Origin: Aquificaceae bacterium
GTDB taxonomy: Bacteria > Aquificota > Aquificia > Aquificales > Aquificaceae
Direction of reading: 5' to 3'
Length of the DNA stretch: 64,000 bases
Assembly (NCBI GenBank): GCA_037925075.1
Contig: JAXSNR010000001.1
Location: 544,001 to 608,000, forward strand
Below the pieces are notes generated by a model, which ran no database searches, had not been told where the DNA came from, and worked only from the letters and a program-made list of their open reading frames with translations. The position numbers and the translations under genes are program-made. Shown one piece after another: positions 31,091-40,174 of this stretch; within the stretch, counting starts at the first letter, position 1; the number at the start of each line of letters is the position of its first letter.

Positions 31091-31579
31091 ATGAAAACCA
31101 TAAGTAAAGAAGAGTTAAAGGAGCTTTATGACAAGGATTTTCCACTCTGGGCTGAGATTAATCTTGAGCTACTCAGAGAAAAAGCCTACGACCTCGTAGA
31201 TTGGGAAAATCTCTTGGAGGAAATAGAGGATATGGCAAGGTCTGACCTAAAAGCTTGTATAAGCTATTTAGCGGTTATTCTGGAGCACCTTTATAAGTGG
31301 GATAACTTCAAGAGCTTGGCAGGAGGAGAGACAGCAGGAATGTCTTGGATAAAAAGCATAAACAATGCAAGAAGAAAGATATTAGCCATGCTTGATGTTT
31401 ATCCAAGTTTGAGAAATAAACTTCCCAATGAAGTTGGCACCGCATGGAAGTTTGCAAGAAGGGAGCTTGAAGGCTGGCTTGAGGACAACAAGCTCAACCC
31501 AGAAGACTTTTCTATATCAGAAGAATGCCCCTATACCTATGAGACTGCCATGACAAGGGATTTAAGGAAAGAGCTTTGA
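31091..31579 (+). CDS. DUF29 family protein
   Basis: LYDKDF.LW, DWENLLEEIE, LEHLYKW, SW..SI..AR, PSL, ECPY. Confidence 0.88.
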   Translation: MKTISKEELKELYDKDFPLWAEINLELLREKAYDLVDWENLLEEIEDMARSDLKACISYLAVILEHLYKWDNFKSLAGGETAGMSWIKSINNARRKILAMLDVYPSLRNKLPNEVGTAWKFARRELEGWLEDNKLNPEDFSISEECPYTYETAMTRDLRKEL

Positions 31580-31645
31580 AATTTTGCAAAAATGTAAGCC
31601 TATATTCAAAGCGTTTTTGCAAAAGTGCAAAAGTTAAAAAGGGGC

Positions 31646-31674
31646 TTGACAAGGAAACTTTTATCTGCTATCAT
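31646..31674 (+). promoter_or_regulatory. Strong sigma70 promoter of the porin gene
   Basis: TTGACA(31646-51)-17 bp-TATCAT(31669-74) with extended TG; AAGGAGG RBS downstream. Confidence 0.8.
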
Positions 31675-31707
31675 ATAGCCATCAAAACCTTTAAGGAGGG
31701 TACCAAC

Positions 31708-32874
31708 ATGAGGAAGAGCTTACTTGCGGTAGCAGCCCTGATGGGTGCAAGTGTATTGCCAGCCAAGGCGGCCATGTTCAGAGTAGACGAGCAAACCTTT
31801 GCCAACATGGGCTACATGTCCCAAATATGGGCACAGAACCTTGGCAAGCAGAATGCTGGAGAAGAATCAAGAACAAACTTTTCCATCAACAACGCAAAGG
31901 TCTACTTCTCTGGGCAGGTAAACAAGATGGTTAAGTTCCATGTGGAGCTTGACGCTTCTCTCGGAATAGGTAGGGATGCAGCAGAGGGACGTACCAGAAT
32001 AGGTGACGCTCATATAACTCTTGCCTTTGCCCCAGAATTCAATCTCATCGCTGGCTATCAAAGGCTTCCCTTTAGCAGGCAAACCCTCAGCTCAGGGTAT
32101 GCTGCCATAATACCAACTGGCTATGGATATGGTAGAGTTGCGGGCGGAGCACCCGTATTTGCTTCGGCTTCCATAGGTGCTGCGGGAGTTGGAGGTACTG
32201 GCTCAAGAGATGCAGGTCTTTCTGTGATGAGCAACATAGGGAACGGTATGATAGTCTTCAGGGGTGGTGTGTTTGACGGTAGGTACGATAGCAGAGTAAT
32301 AGGACAGACTGATGAAAGCCTTGCCCTTGCTTTTAGGGTGCAGTTTACACCCACCATGCTTGGCTACAAGGGCGAAACTGGGTATGCTATCAGCGATACA
32401 TACCTTGGCACTCAAAACGTGCTAACCCTTGGCGTGGGTTACAACACTCAGAAGGACGAAAGGGCTTCTACGGGCAACACATGGAAGATGCTGAGCGTAG
32501 ACCTCAACTGGGAGCAGAAGTTTGGCGATATAATACCCAACCTTCAAATAGGATACAACGACCTTAAGGACTACAACGGTGCTAGGGATGACGCCAGAGC
32601 CTTCTGGGTACAGGGTCAACTGCTCTACAACCAAGTGGTGGGTCTTGGAAAGCCAGCCCTTGCACTCGGTTGGTTCTTCAGTGAACAAAAGCCTGCGGGT
32701 GGTGGAGCAAAGCCCAAGGTCAACAGATATGCGGTATACTTTAACTACTACATAAAGGGCAATGCCGCCAAGGTACAAGCTGGTATAGATACCTTCCAAA
32801 GGAACAGTACAGATAAGGGTGCAAACGGCAAAAACTACACCGACTTCACCCTTGCTCTCCAAACACAGTTCTAA
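31708..32874 (+). CDS. Outer-membrane beta-barrel porin (OprO/OprP-like)
   Basis: Signal peptide MRKSLLAVAA..AKA, alternating beta pattern, C-terminal Phe; codon usage of a highly expressed gene. Confidence 0.85.
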   Translation: MRKSLLAVAALMGASVLPAKAAMFRVDEQTFANMGYMSQIWAQNLGKQNAGEESRTNFSINNAKVYFSGQVNKMVKFHVELDASLGIGRDAAEGRTRIGDAHITLAFAPEFNLIAGYQRLPFSRQTLSSGYAAIIPTGYGYGRVAGGAPVFASASIGAAGVGGTGSRDAGLSVMSNIGNGMIVFRGGVFDGRYDSRVIGQTDESLALAFRVQFTPTMLGYKGETGYAISDTYLGTQNVLTLGVGYNTQKDERASTGNTWKMLSVDLNWEQKFGDIIPNLQIGYNDLKDYNGARDDARAFWVQGQLLYNQVVGLGKPALALGWFFSEQKPAGGGAKPKVNRYAVYFNYYIKGNAAKVQAGIDTFQRNSTDKGANGKNYTDFTLALQTQF

Positions 32875-32889
32875 GACCTCTTAAAAAGT

Positions 32890-34194
32890 CTAAGCCCCGC
32901 TTTGTGCGGGGCTTTTTTCTTTGAAAAGAATTTCTAAAGCTTTTTCTTTCTCTTGTGTGTCTACTCTCAAAGAAAGAGTAGCCTTTGGCAAAAGGTAATG
33001 GGTCGCTATATGAATTATGTTGATATCCTTCAAATGCTCTATTAAATAGGACGCAAAGGCGTCTGGGATTTTCCAGAGTATAAGGTCTTTAATACCTTTG
33101 TTTTTTAAATCACTTGAGAGAGAATAAAGGACTTCAAATTCTGGTTTAACCACAAGGACTTCCTTTGCCTGCGGATAAAAGCCATGATATTCTTCTGGTT
33201 TTAACAAAAGTGCATTGCTTATATCCTGAGACAAAAGCCGGTAAATAGCTTCAAGCTCATCCACCATCTCTCCATAGAGGTATGCTATACCCTGCCTTCT
33301 GTCAAAGCTACCTAAGGGCATCATCCTTCCCCCTTCTAAGCTTTTCCTTTTTGGTAAAGGTGGCAAAAGAAGGGAGCCATAACCTATAAAGGTCAAAAAG
33401 CTATCCACTGGGTTTTCTACAGGTTCCCAGCTCAGGTGGTTTCTTGTCCAGTTTAAGCCCATGGGTAGTGGGCTTTCTACAAGCTTTAGATAGCCTTTTA
33501 CTCTTACTATGTTTTCGGGCAATCTTTTTAGGTAGTCTTCCATTTCATGCATGTGATAATAACCTTCTAACTTGACAGTAATTTGAGAAAACCTTTCCCT
33601 TGCGTGTATGGTTGGGTGGTTGCTCTGGGTCTTTTTTGGCTTTTCTCCTTCAAAAAAGGTAAAAAACTCCTCTTCTACCTTGCCTTCGTAAGATAAAAAC
33701 ATAGGCTTGTCTTTGATGTAATCCTCAAGCTGGGTTATGTCTTCTTCAAGGGCAAGATCACACCTGCTTGCAACCACGCAATGGCTATAGCTTATCTGCG
33801 ATAAAAAAAGGGGTTCCTTCTGAAGGGCTATCCAGCTGTCCGCAGGCACCACACACACCGCAAGATAGGAAGAAAAGCCAGAGCTTTCCATAGCTTGCAT
33901 AACTGGGTATGGGTCCGAAAGCCCTGAGGTTTCCACGACCAGAAGGTCTATATCTTTTAGGCTACTGATTACGCTTTCAAGTTCTCCAGCACTCTCACAA
34001 CAAAAGCATCCCCCCTCCACCCCCATAACCTTTAGACCCTTTTGGTAGTATGCTAACCTATCATAACTGATCTCGCCAAAGTCATTAACCACTATAGCCA
34101 ATCTCTTGTGTTTGTACCTTTCCACAAGGCTTTTTAGGACAAAGGTGGTTTTACCACCACCCAAAAAGCCCGTGACCAAAAGGGCTTGACGCAT
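32890..34194 (-). CDS. COG0523/CobW-family GTPase metallochaperone with extra C-terminal region
   Basis: GFLGGGKTT, VNDFGE, GGCFCC, ETSGLSDP, CobW_C-like RVKG. Confidence 0.9.
   Translation of the reverse strand: MRQALLVTGFLGGGKTTFVLKSLVERYKHKRLAIVVNDFGEISYDRLAYYQKGLKVMGVEGGCFCCESAGELESVISSLKDIDLLVVETSGLSDPYPVMQAMESSGFSSYLAVCVVPADSWIALQKEPLFLSQISYSHCVVASRCDLALEEDITQLEDYIKDKPMFLSYEGKVEEEFFTFFEGEKPKKTQSNHPTIHARERFSQITVKLEGYYHMHEMEDYLKRLPENIVRVKGYLKLVESPLPMGLNWTRNHLSWEPVENPVDSFLTFIGYGSLLLPPLPKRKSLEGGRMMPLGSFDRRQGIAYLYGEMVDELEAIYRLLSQDISNALLLKPEEYHGFYPQAKEVLVVKPEFEVLYSLSSDLKNKGIKDLILWKIPDAFASYLIEHLKDINIIHIATHYLLPKATLSLRVDTQEKEKALEILFKEKSPAQSGA
32892..32918 (+). terminator. Rho-independent terminator after the porin gene
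   Basis: AAGCCCCGC-TTTGT-GCGGGGCTT followed by a T run; lies within the 3' end of the convergent gene. Confidence 0.88.
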
Positions 34195-35456
34195 TACACA
34201 AGGTAGGCTCTTCCTACCCTCTCAAAGACCTGATAGAAGTCCCTTACCACCTGTCCCTGTGCCTGCCCTGAGGGGGCGGTCTGTATCCTCTTTACTATCC
34301 CCCACTTTTCTGTATCCACCACAAACACACTATCAGCCACCCTGTTGGTTATGTACATCCTTTTGCCCACAAAAACCGCATGTCCCATGTGCTTGCCCAC
34401 CCCAGTATCCACCACCTTTATGGACTTTCTCTGTTGAAGGTCTATAACCTCAAACTTGGTATCTCCGTACTGGGTTATAACCGCATACCTTCCATCGGGT
34501 GTGATGTATGCATGCCCCACACCCTTTATCTCAGAGTTTATCTTTGCAACTTCCTTTCTTGTGTCCGCATCGTATATGGCTATTGTTGTTCCTTCAAAGG
34601 GACTTGCTCCCCTGTTGCAAAGTACAAAGAGTTTTCCATCGTTGGTAAAGTTTCCATGATGCCCTTCTATCCTTGCTAAATCTTGCTTTTCTAAAAGGTC
34701 AAGCTCGGGCTTTAGAATTCCCTTGTATATGGGAGATGCTGGGTCCGAAACATCATAGATATAAACATTAGGAGCGGACATACCACCCTTGGGCTTGTTA
34801 AACTCCACAGTAACCCAAAGCTCCTTACCCCTCCAATCAAAGTAATGGGGATTTCCAGAAACAGAGACCTCCCTTATAACCTTCCCATCCCTTCCAATCA
34901 AATAAAACTTATTGTCCGCATAATTGCCTATGGCATAAATCCTTCCATCGGGAGACCATGAACCGTGCATGGTAAAGTCTCCCTTATGCTCTTTGTTTGC
35001 AACAGGCAGGCTAACAGTGGCGACTATTTGGTTATTGGAAGTGCTTATAAAAACAACCCTTACTCCTTCTCCGTCAAGCCCAGAATGATTGACCGCCACA
35101 AGGGCACCATCCGGAGAAATAACAGGATGCTTGGGCCTGTTTCCAGTCTCAAGGTTTTTGACCAGCTCAAGCCTTTGGGCGTCTATTATGCTAACTGTTC
35201 TGTTATTTGGTGCATTGTTGGCAACATAGAGAAATCTACCATCTTTTGAGATAGAGCCAAGAGTCCCACCCTTTCCACCCGTTTCTATAACCTTGACGAT
35301 TTCATCCTTCACAGGGTCAATAACAACCACCTTTCCATCTCCCCTTAAAGCAAAAAGGGGCATGTTTTGAGATGCATAAACCACCCTGTTAAGACCAAGA
35401 AGCAAGTAAGCCCCACCAAAACCTGCGGACACAAGCAATTCTCTTCTTGTTAGCAT
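34194..35456 (-). CDS. Tat-exported YncE/YVTN-like beta-propeller protein, His-rich
   Basis: MLTRRELL twin-arginine signal after AGGAGGTG RBS; repeated SPDG/TPDG..YVAN/YITN..VSIID blades. Confidence 0.85.
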   Translation of the reverse strand: MLTRRELLVSAGFGGAYLLLGLNRVVYASQNMPLFALRGDGKVVVIDPVKDEIVKVIETGGKGGTLGSISKDGRFLYVANNAPNNRTVSIIDAQRLELVKNLETGNRPKHPVISPDGALVAVNHSGLDGEGVRVVFISTSNNQIVATVSLPVANKEHKGDFTMHGSWSPDGRIYAIGNYADNKFYLIGRDGKVIREVSVSGNPHYFDWRGKELWVTVEFNKPKGGMSAPNVYIYDVSDPASPIYKGILKPELDLLEKQDLARIEGHHGNFTNDGKLFVLCNRGASPFEGTTIAIYDADTRKEVAKINSEIKGVGHAYITPDGRYAVITQYGDTKFEVIDLQQRKSIKVVDTGVGKHMGHAVFVGKRMYITNRVADSVFVVDTEKWGIVKRIQTAPSGQAQGQVVRDFYQVFERVGRAYLV

Positions 35457-35484
35457 TTTTTCACCTCCTAAGAGTTTTGAAGTT

Positions 35485-35513
35485 ATTTTAAAGGCTTTAA
35501 ATTGGCAATTCAA
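35485..35513 (-). promoter_or_regulatory. Sigma70 promoter with overlapping palindrome
   Basis: Minus strand TTGAAT(35513-08)-17 bp-TAAAAT(35490-85); AATTG-G-CAATT at 35500-35510. Confidence 0.65.
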
Positions 35514-35535
35514 TAATTTTTACTTATAAAATCCA

Positions 35536-36825
35536 TCAAATGTATTTATTTAAGCTATTTCTTATATTCAAAAGACTTGAAAAAAGGTAAAGCAAAAAAG
35601 CCAATCCAGAAGTAAAAGCAAAGGCACTCTTTAAAGAAAGATAAAAAGCCATACGCAGGTCAAAGAAGGAAAAAATCTTCACACACCACAAAACACACTT
35701 ACCCATAAGCTCCAAGGGAAAGGTAGGAAGGCTAAAAAAGGTTATAAGCTCTAAAACACCATAGGCGGTAAAGGGAAAAAGCATATATCCCACCACTGGG
35801 CTAAAAGGAATACTGCCAAAGCTTGTATGGGTAAAGGAAAGCAAAAGGGGAGAAACTCCAAGAAAGGCAAAAAGGGAAACTCCAAAGGGTAAAAGTACAT
35901 ACCTGTAAAGCTTGGAATCCTTTTCTGGCAAAAGCCTTAGACCAAGGATTATGTAAAGGGTTGCAAAAAAGGAAAGCCAGAAGGAAAAGGATTGAGAAAA
36001 CTCGGGCTTTAGAAGAAGCAAAAAAGAGCCAGAAAAGAGCAAAATGCCAAGGGAGTTGGGCCTTCCTTCAAAGAGTCTTACAAAAACCCAAAGCAAAAGC
36101 ATAAGCCAAGCCCTCAGAACGGGAGCTTCCTTAGGGACCAGTAAAAGCACATAAAGGCTTGTGCCAAAAGCACCCAGTAAAAGACCATAGGGATAGGGAA
36201 GTAGATACCTAAGGATGAGAAAGACCATACCCACATGAAAGCCGGAGATAACCAGAAGATGCACAAGCCCAGTTTTTGTGAAGTAGTACTGAAGGTCTTG
36301 GGGAAGGCTTTCACGGGCTTCGCCAAGAAGGTAAGTTAGCACAAGGGCTTTTACCTCTTCATCCTTTATCTTTTCTTCTATGCGGTCTATGTAGGCCTTC
36401 CTTAAACTCCCTTGTGAAATAAAACCCTTTATGTCCTTGTAGCTACCGGAGATAAAAAGTTTCCCATCTTCTGCCTTTACCTTCCCATAAAGGATGAAAG
36501 AACTTAGCGGAAGGTCCTTAAGTCCATAAATCTTTACAAAGGCAAGCTTTCCGTAAATCTCCGGAAAATCTCCACCCACAACCTTTGCCTTAAGGGTAAG
36601 CCCACTGTCAGTTTCTACAGGCACTCCCGCAAGCTTAAGATAGACTTTTCCCCCCTCTTCAAACCATAGATATCTGTTTTCTCCTTCTGTCCTCCAAAGG
36701 CTAAAGACAAGCACCGCAAGAAAAAGGGCAAACTGTAAAAGCTCACCCTTTTCTGGCAAGGAGAAGATAGACCAATCCAAAAAGCCTTTTTTGGACCTCC
36801 ACCACCTCAAAGCCCTCCTCCTCAA
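35536..36825 (-). CDS. comEC: ComEC/Rec2 competence membrane protein (no MBL domain)
   Basis: GLVHLLVISGFHV, PVLRA, SFWLSF; start uncertain (TTG 36759 plausible). Confidence 0.85.
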   Translation of the reverse strand: MRRRALRWWRSKKGFLDWSIFSLPEKGELLQFALFLAVLVFSLWRTEGENRYLWFEEGGKVYLKLAGVPVETDSGLTLKAKVVGGDFPEIYGKLAFVKIYGLKDLPLSSFILYGKVKAEDGKLFISGSYKDIKGFISQGSLRKAYIDRIEEKIKDEEVKALVLTYLLGEARESLPQDLQYYFTKTGLVHLLVISGFHVGMVFLILRYLLPYPYGLLLGAFGTSLYVLLLVPKEAPVLRAWLMLLLWVFVRLFEGRPNSLGILLFSGSFLLLLKPEFSQSFSFWLSFFATLYIILGLRLLPEKDSKLYRYVLLPFGVSLFAFLGVSPLLLSFTHTSFGSIPFSPVVGYMLFPFTAYGVLELITFFSLPTFPLELMGKCVLWCVKIFSFFDLRMAFYLSLKSAFAFTSGLAFLLYLFSSLLNIRNSLNKYI

Positions 36826-37396
36826 GCTCCCTTTTCACCTCCCGAAGGCTAAGGGAGTTCTCCAAAGAATGGATAAAAAAGTCCCACTTTTCCCTGCCAA
36901 AGAGAAAGAGCCCTATGGGCTTTAGTGGATATTTCATAAGGAAGATAAGAAGGGGAGTAAGAGCAAAGCGGTTTATGTCAAGCATTGCAAGCTCTCCACC
37001 CTTTGACAAGGTCCTCCTTGCCTCCTTTAAAAAAGCCCTCCTGTCCAAAAGATGCCTATATACAAGGGAAAGGCTTATGGAGCCAAAGGTGTTATCCTTG
37101 AAGGGCATATTTTCCGCATCAGCGACCAAAAACTTACAAGCCTTACACTTGGACCTTGCCAGCCTTAGCATTTCAAGAGAAAGGTCTATACCCACCCTAA
37201 GACCCCTATTTTGGGACCTCAGCAAGACCTCACCGGTGCCTGTACCCACATCAAGCCTGTTTCCCTCTGGGCTTAGCATACTCAAAAGGTCTCTCTGCCA
37301 GCGGTCAATCCTTTTGAAGGTTATAAGGTTTAGAAAAAGGTCGTACTTCTTGCTTACGGAAGAAAAAACCTCTCCAACAGTCTTTTTAGTTATCAT
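36743..37396 (-). CDS. Class I SAM-dependent methyltransferase, UbiE/MenG-like
   Basis: F..V..KYD..LN..TF, LDVGTGTG, IDLS.EML, ADAENMPF. Confidence 0.85.
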   Translation of the reverse strand: MITKKTVGEVFSSVSKKYDLFLNLITFKRIDRWQRDLLSMLSPEGNRLDVGTGTGEVLLRSQNRGLRVGIDLSLEMLRLARSKCKACKFLVADAENMPFKDNTFGSISLSLVYRHLLDRRAFLKEARRTLSKGGELAMLDINRFALTPLLIFLMKYPLKPIGLFLFGREKWDFFIHSLENSLSLREVKRELEEEGFEVVEVQKRLFGLVYLLLARKG

Positions 37397-38162
37397 AAAC
37401 TACAAGCACCTGCGGATACCTATCCTGTAAGCCCTCTGAAATAGAAACCCCTACAACCATAGGAAGGGTCTCCATGTTATAGACCTTTGATAAAATTTCA
37501 GCCCTTTTGAGAGCCCTTTGTGCGGTCTTATCTTCAAGAGTATTAGACACCTCAACCGCAAGAAGCAAATCCCTACCATCTTCGGACCTTACCTTTATTA
37601 GTGCGTCAAGGTTTAGGGCGGATGTCCTTTCTTCTTGGGTTATAAGGCCATTGTCTAAGGCGGTTTCCAGCTTTTCTGACCACTCTTCTATGGGAATTGC
37701 CCTAACCCTTCTAAAATACCTCCCAAAGTAGGCAGGTGCCCGCTCTCTAACCTTTCTTTCAAGGCTGTCTCCCTTTAACCTTCCCACATCCACCTCCAGC
37801 TTGCTTACTTTATTTTTAAGTATGGCTACATCTCTTTCAAGCCTATTATAACCTTCTTCTAACCTTTTCTGACCCTCCTCCAACCTGCTGTAGGCTTCCT
37901 CAAGCCTTTTTTGACCTTCTTCCAGCCTGTTGTAGCCCTCCTCCAGTCTTTTCTGTCCTTCTTCCAACCTTTCCACACGCTTTGCCAATGGTCTAAACTC
38001 TTCTTCTACGAACTTGTCAAACTTCTGGGGTAGCTTTAAAAGTTCTTCGGTTAGCAACAGAGATAGTAGTTGTTGAGCCCAGTCGGGGTGTTCTCTCAGT
38101 GCCTGTAGGATATCGTAAAAGCTTCTTATGATGTACTCCTTTTGCTTTTCCTCTATGGCCAT
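37386..38162 (-). CDS. Heptad-repeat coiled-coil protein with C-terminal PD-(D/E)XK-like domain
   Basis: RLEEG(Q/Y)x repeats, DVGRLKG..LE, D...LAVEVS. Confidence 0.8.
   Translation of the reverse strand: MAIEEKQKEYIIRSFYDILQALREHPDWAQQLLSLLLTEELLKLPQKFDKFVEEEFRPLAKRVERLEEGQKRLEEGYNRLEEGQKRLEEAYSRLEEGQKRLEEGYNRLERDVAILKNKVSKLEVDVGRLKGDSLERKVRERAPAYFGRYFRRVRAIPIEEWSEKLETALDNGLITQEERTSALNLDALIKVRSEDGRDLLLAVEVSNTLEDKTAQRALKRAEILSKVYNMETLPMVVGVSISEGLQDRYPQVLVVYDN
37841..37970 (-). repeat. About six 21-bp (heptad) tandem repeats
   Basis: RLEEGQK RLEEGYN RLEEGQK RLEEAYS RLEEGQK RLEEGYN, synonymously diverged at DNA level. Confidence 0.85.
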
Positions 38163-38192
38163 AACATAGAATATTCTAAGACTTTTCTTACC

Positions 38193-38798
38193 TTAGGCAA
38201 TTATCTCCGCAAAGGTCAGCATCCTCTTTTGGGTTTTGTCCCTTCTGTAGGAGGGTAGGCTATGATGGCATACGGTGCATACTCCATACTGAAAAAGTCT
38301 TTTTATTCCGTACTTTTTTAGCCTTAAAATCACCTCCCCCTGTGTGTCCATGTAGGTCTTTTGATTTCTGAGGTGAAGACTAACAAAATGCTCTCTGAAC
38401 TCCTCCCCCACTTCATAACAACAGGCTTTGGCGGAAGGTCCCACAAAGGCGAAAAAGTCTTCAAGTCCCTCAAGGCTTGAGAGCATCTGAAGGGTCTTTT
38501 CCACTATGCCTTCCTTTATCCCCCTCCAACCTGCATGAATCACTGCTACCGTCTCTTTTCCCAAAAAGGCAACGGGTACACAGTCTGCGGTCTTTACACC
38601 TATTTTCAGACCCTTCTTCTGTGTTATTATTCCGTCTCCCTCAAGGCTCTCCACAAGGTCCTCAAGCAAGAAAACCTTTGAAGAATGCACCTGTTTAAGG
38701 GTTAGAACATCCTTGTCTTCTTCGTAGGGTTTTAAAACTATCCTTGCCCTCTGGGTTTGAAAAGAAAACATAAAAGCCTTTTCCTCAAGCCCTTTCAC
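38193..38798 (-). CDS. YfiH/PgeF (DUF152) family protein
   Basis: QVHS, GDG, TADCVP, HAGWRG, GPSA..CCYEV, CT.C...SYRR. Confidence 0.92.
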   Translation of the reverse strand: MKGLEEKAFMFSFQTQRARIVLKPYEEDKDVLTLKQVHSSKVFLLEDLVESLEGDGIITQKKGLKIGVKTADCVPVAFLGKETVAVIHAGWRGIKEGIVEKTLQMLSSLEGLEDFFAFVGPSAKACCYEVGEEFREHFVSLHLRNQKTYMDTQGEVILRLKKYGIKRLFQYGVCTVCHHSLPSYRRDKTQKRMLTFAEIIA

Positions 38799-38838
38799 CT
38801 TAATAAAATCTTAACATCCACCAATTAGAATAAAAGGC

Positions 38839-39279
38839 ATGAAGGTAGCCTTTATATGCACTGGTAATTCCGCAAGGAGTCAGATGGCGGAGGGCTTTGC
38901 CAAAAGGCTTGCTGAGGTTCTAGGTCTAAACATTCAAGTGTACTCCGCTGGTTCAAACCCAGCACAGGAAATAAACCCTCTTGCGGTGGAGGTTATGAAG
39001 GAAAAGGGTATAGAACTATCCTCTCAAAGACCAAAGGGTCTTGAAGCCATACCTTACCGAGAGCTTGACCTTGTTATAACCCTGTGCGACAGTGCAAGGC
39101 AGACATGCCCTGTGGTGCCGGGAGTTCAAATGATCCACTGGGACCTTCGGGACCCAGCAGGCTTTGAAGGCACCTTAGAAGAAAGGCTTGAGTTTTTTAG
39201 AAGGGTCAGGGATGAAATAGAAGAAAAGGTTTGGGACCTTTTGCAAAGCTTACAGCTCAGGAAGATAAACTCCTATTAG
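38839..39279 (+). CDS. arsC: Arsenate reductase, thioredoxin-dependent LMW-PTPase fold
   Basis: CTGNSARSQMAE, ITLC....CP, HW...DP. Confidence 0.85.
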   Translation: MKVAFICTGNSARSQMAEGFAKRLAEVLGLNIQVYSAGSNPAQEINPLAVEVMKEKGIELSSQRPKGLEAIPYRELDLVITLCDSARQTCPVVPGVQMIHWDLRDPAGFEGTLEERLEFFRRVRDEIEEKVWDLLQSLQLRKINSY

Positions 39280-39304
39280 CTCTCAGGGTGCTTGGCTTAT
39301 AAGT

Positions 39305-39736
39305 ATGATAAACTTTCCCACAATCATGGAATTTTTCTACTATTGTAGCCTTACAGCACCTGTAGAATTGGTAAAAGACTTCTTTAAAACCTCGGGCAAT
39401 CTCACAAAGATAACTCCCTTATCTTTTCTTTTTAAGATTGACCCACAAGAAGACCTGAAGGAAGGCATGGTGATTAAGGTAAAGTTTCTTGGCTTTACGC
39501 TTATGGAAAGTCTTATAAGGGATGTAAACCCTTTTGGCTTTACCGATTTGGCTCTTAAAAAGCCCTTTTTCATAAAACACTGGAAGCACAGGCACATACT
39601 TGTACCAAAAGGACCTTCAACCGTAATAGAAGACCATCTTACTGTGGAAAGCCCTCTACCAGATGCCTTGCTAAGACCAATCCTTAGGTTTATCTTTCAC
39701 CACAGATGCAAGAGCTTAAAAAGAATACTAACATAG
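39305..39736 (+). CDS. SRPBCC-family protein
   Basis: FF....NL.KITP, F.D...K.P...WKHRH, F.HR; start may be ATG 39326. Confidence 0.75.
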   Translation: MINFPTIMEFFYYCSLTAPVELVKDFFKTSGNLTKITPLSFLFKIDPQEDLKEGMVIKVKFLGFTLMESLIRDVNPFGFTDLALKKPFFIKHWKHRHILVPKGPSTVIEDHLTVESPLPDALLRPILRFIFHHRCKSLKRILT

Positions 39737-40173
39737 AACCGCAAACCTTTGCACTTTTGGGTACTCTTTTGCTTCCTCTTGGTGGTATGCACGAGGTTTT
39801 TGCACTTTTTGGAGGGCTTGCCCTTATGTATGGAATGTCTGGGCTTTTGGATAGGGCTTCTCTTGGAGAGCTTAAAAAAACCTTTGGCGTGGGTCTTTTG
39901 CTTGCCATAGTAGGTGGGCTTTGGGCAAAACATGTGCTTGACTCCCATGGCTTTGAGGTAAAGAGGCTTCTTATAACCGCTTTTGTCTCTGGCTTGGGAC
40001 TTTACCTTCAGTCAAGGTGCTACGGTGCTTTGGCACGGATAAGCAAAAAGGACCTTCTTGATTTGGGTGGTATTCTTCTTGTGGTGGGCTCTGCCACCTT
40101 TTGGTTTTATGTGGGTTTTTTACCTTTGGTGCTTGGCGTTGTTTTTATAGCCTATTCCTTCTGGAGGTGGTAG
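39706..40173 (+). CDS. Hypothetical multi-TM membrane protein
   Basis: Several Gly/Leu-rich hydrophobic segments; lies in the operon. Confidence 0.7.
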   Translation: MQELKKNTNIEPQTFALLGTLLLPLGGMHEVFALFGGLALMYGMSGLLDRASLGELKKTFGVGLLLAIVGGLWAKHVLDSHGFEVKRLLITAFVSGLGLYLQSRCYGALARISKKDLLDLGGILLVVGSATFWFYVGFLPLVLGVVFIAYSFWRW

Positions 40174-40174
40174 C

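Noticed and set aside
31576..31707. ORF-track extension of the porin gene (likewise for hxlR, rpsO, znuA-like, the propeller and 19005-19403)
   Set aside because: The extensions run through promoter or neighbouring-gene sequence; downstream ATGs have an RBS or -10 and, where relevant, proper signal peptides
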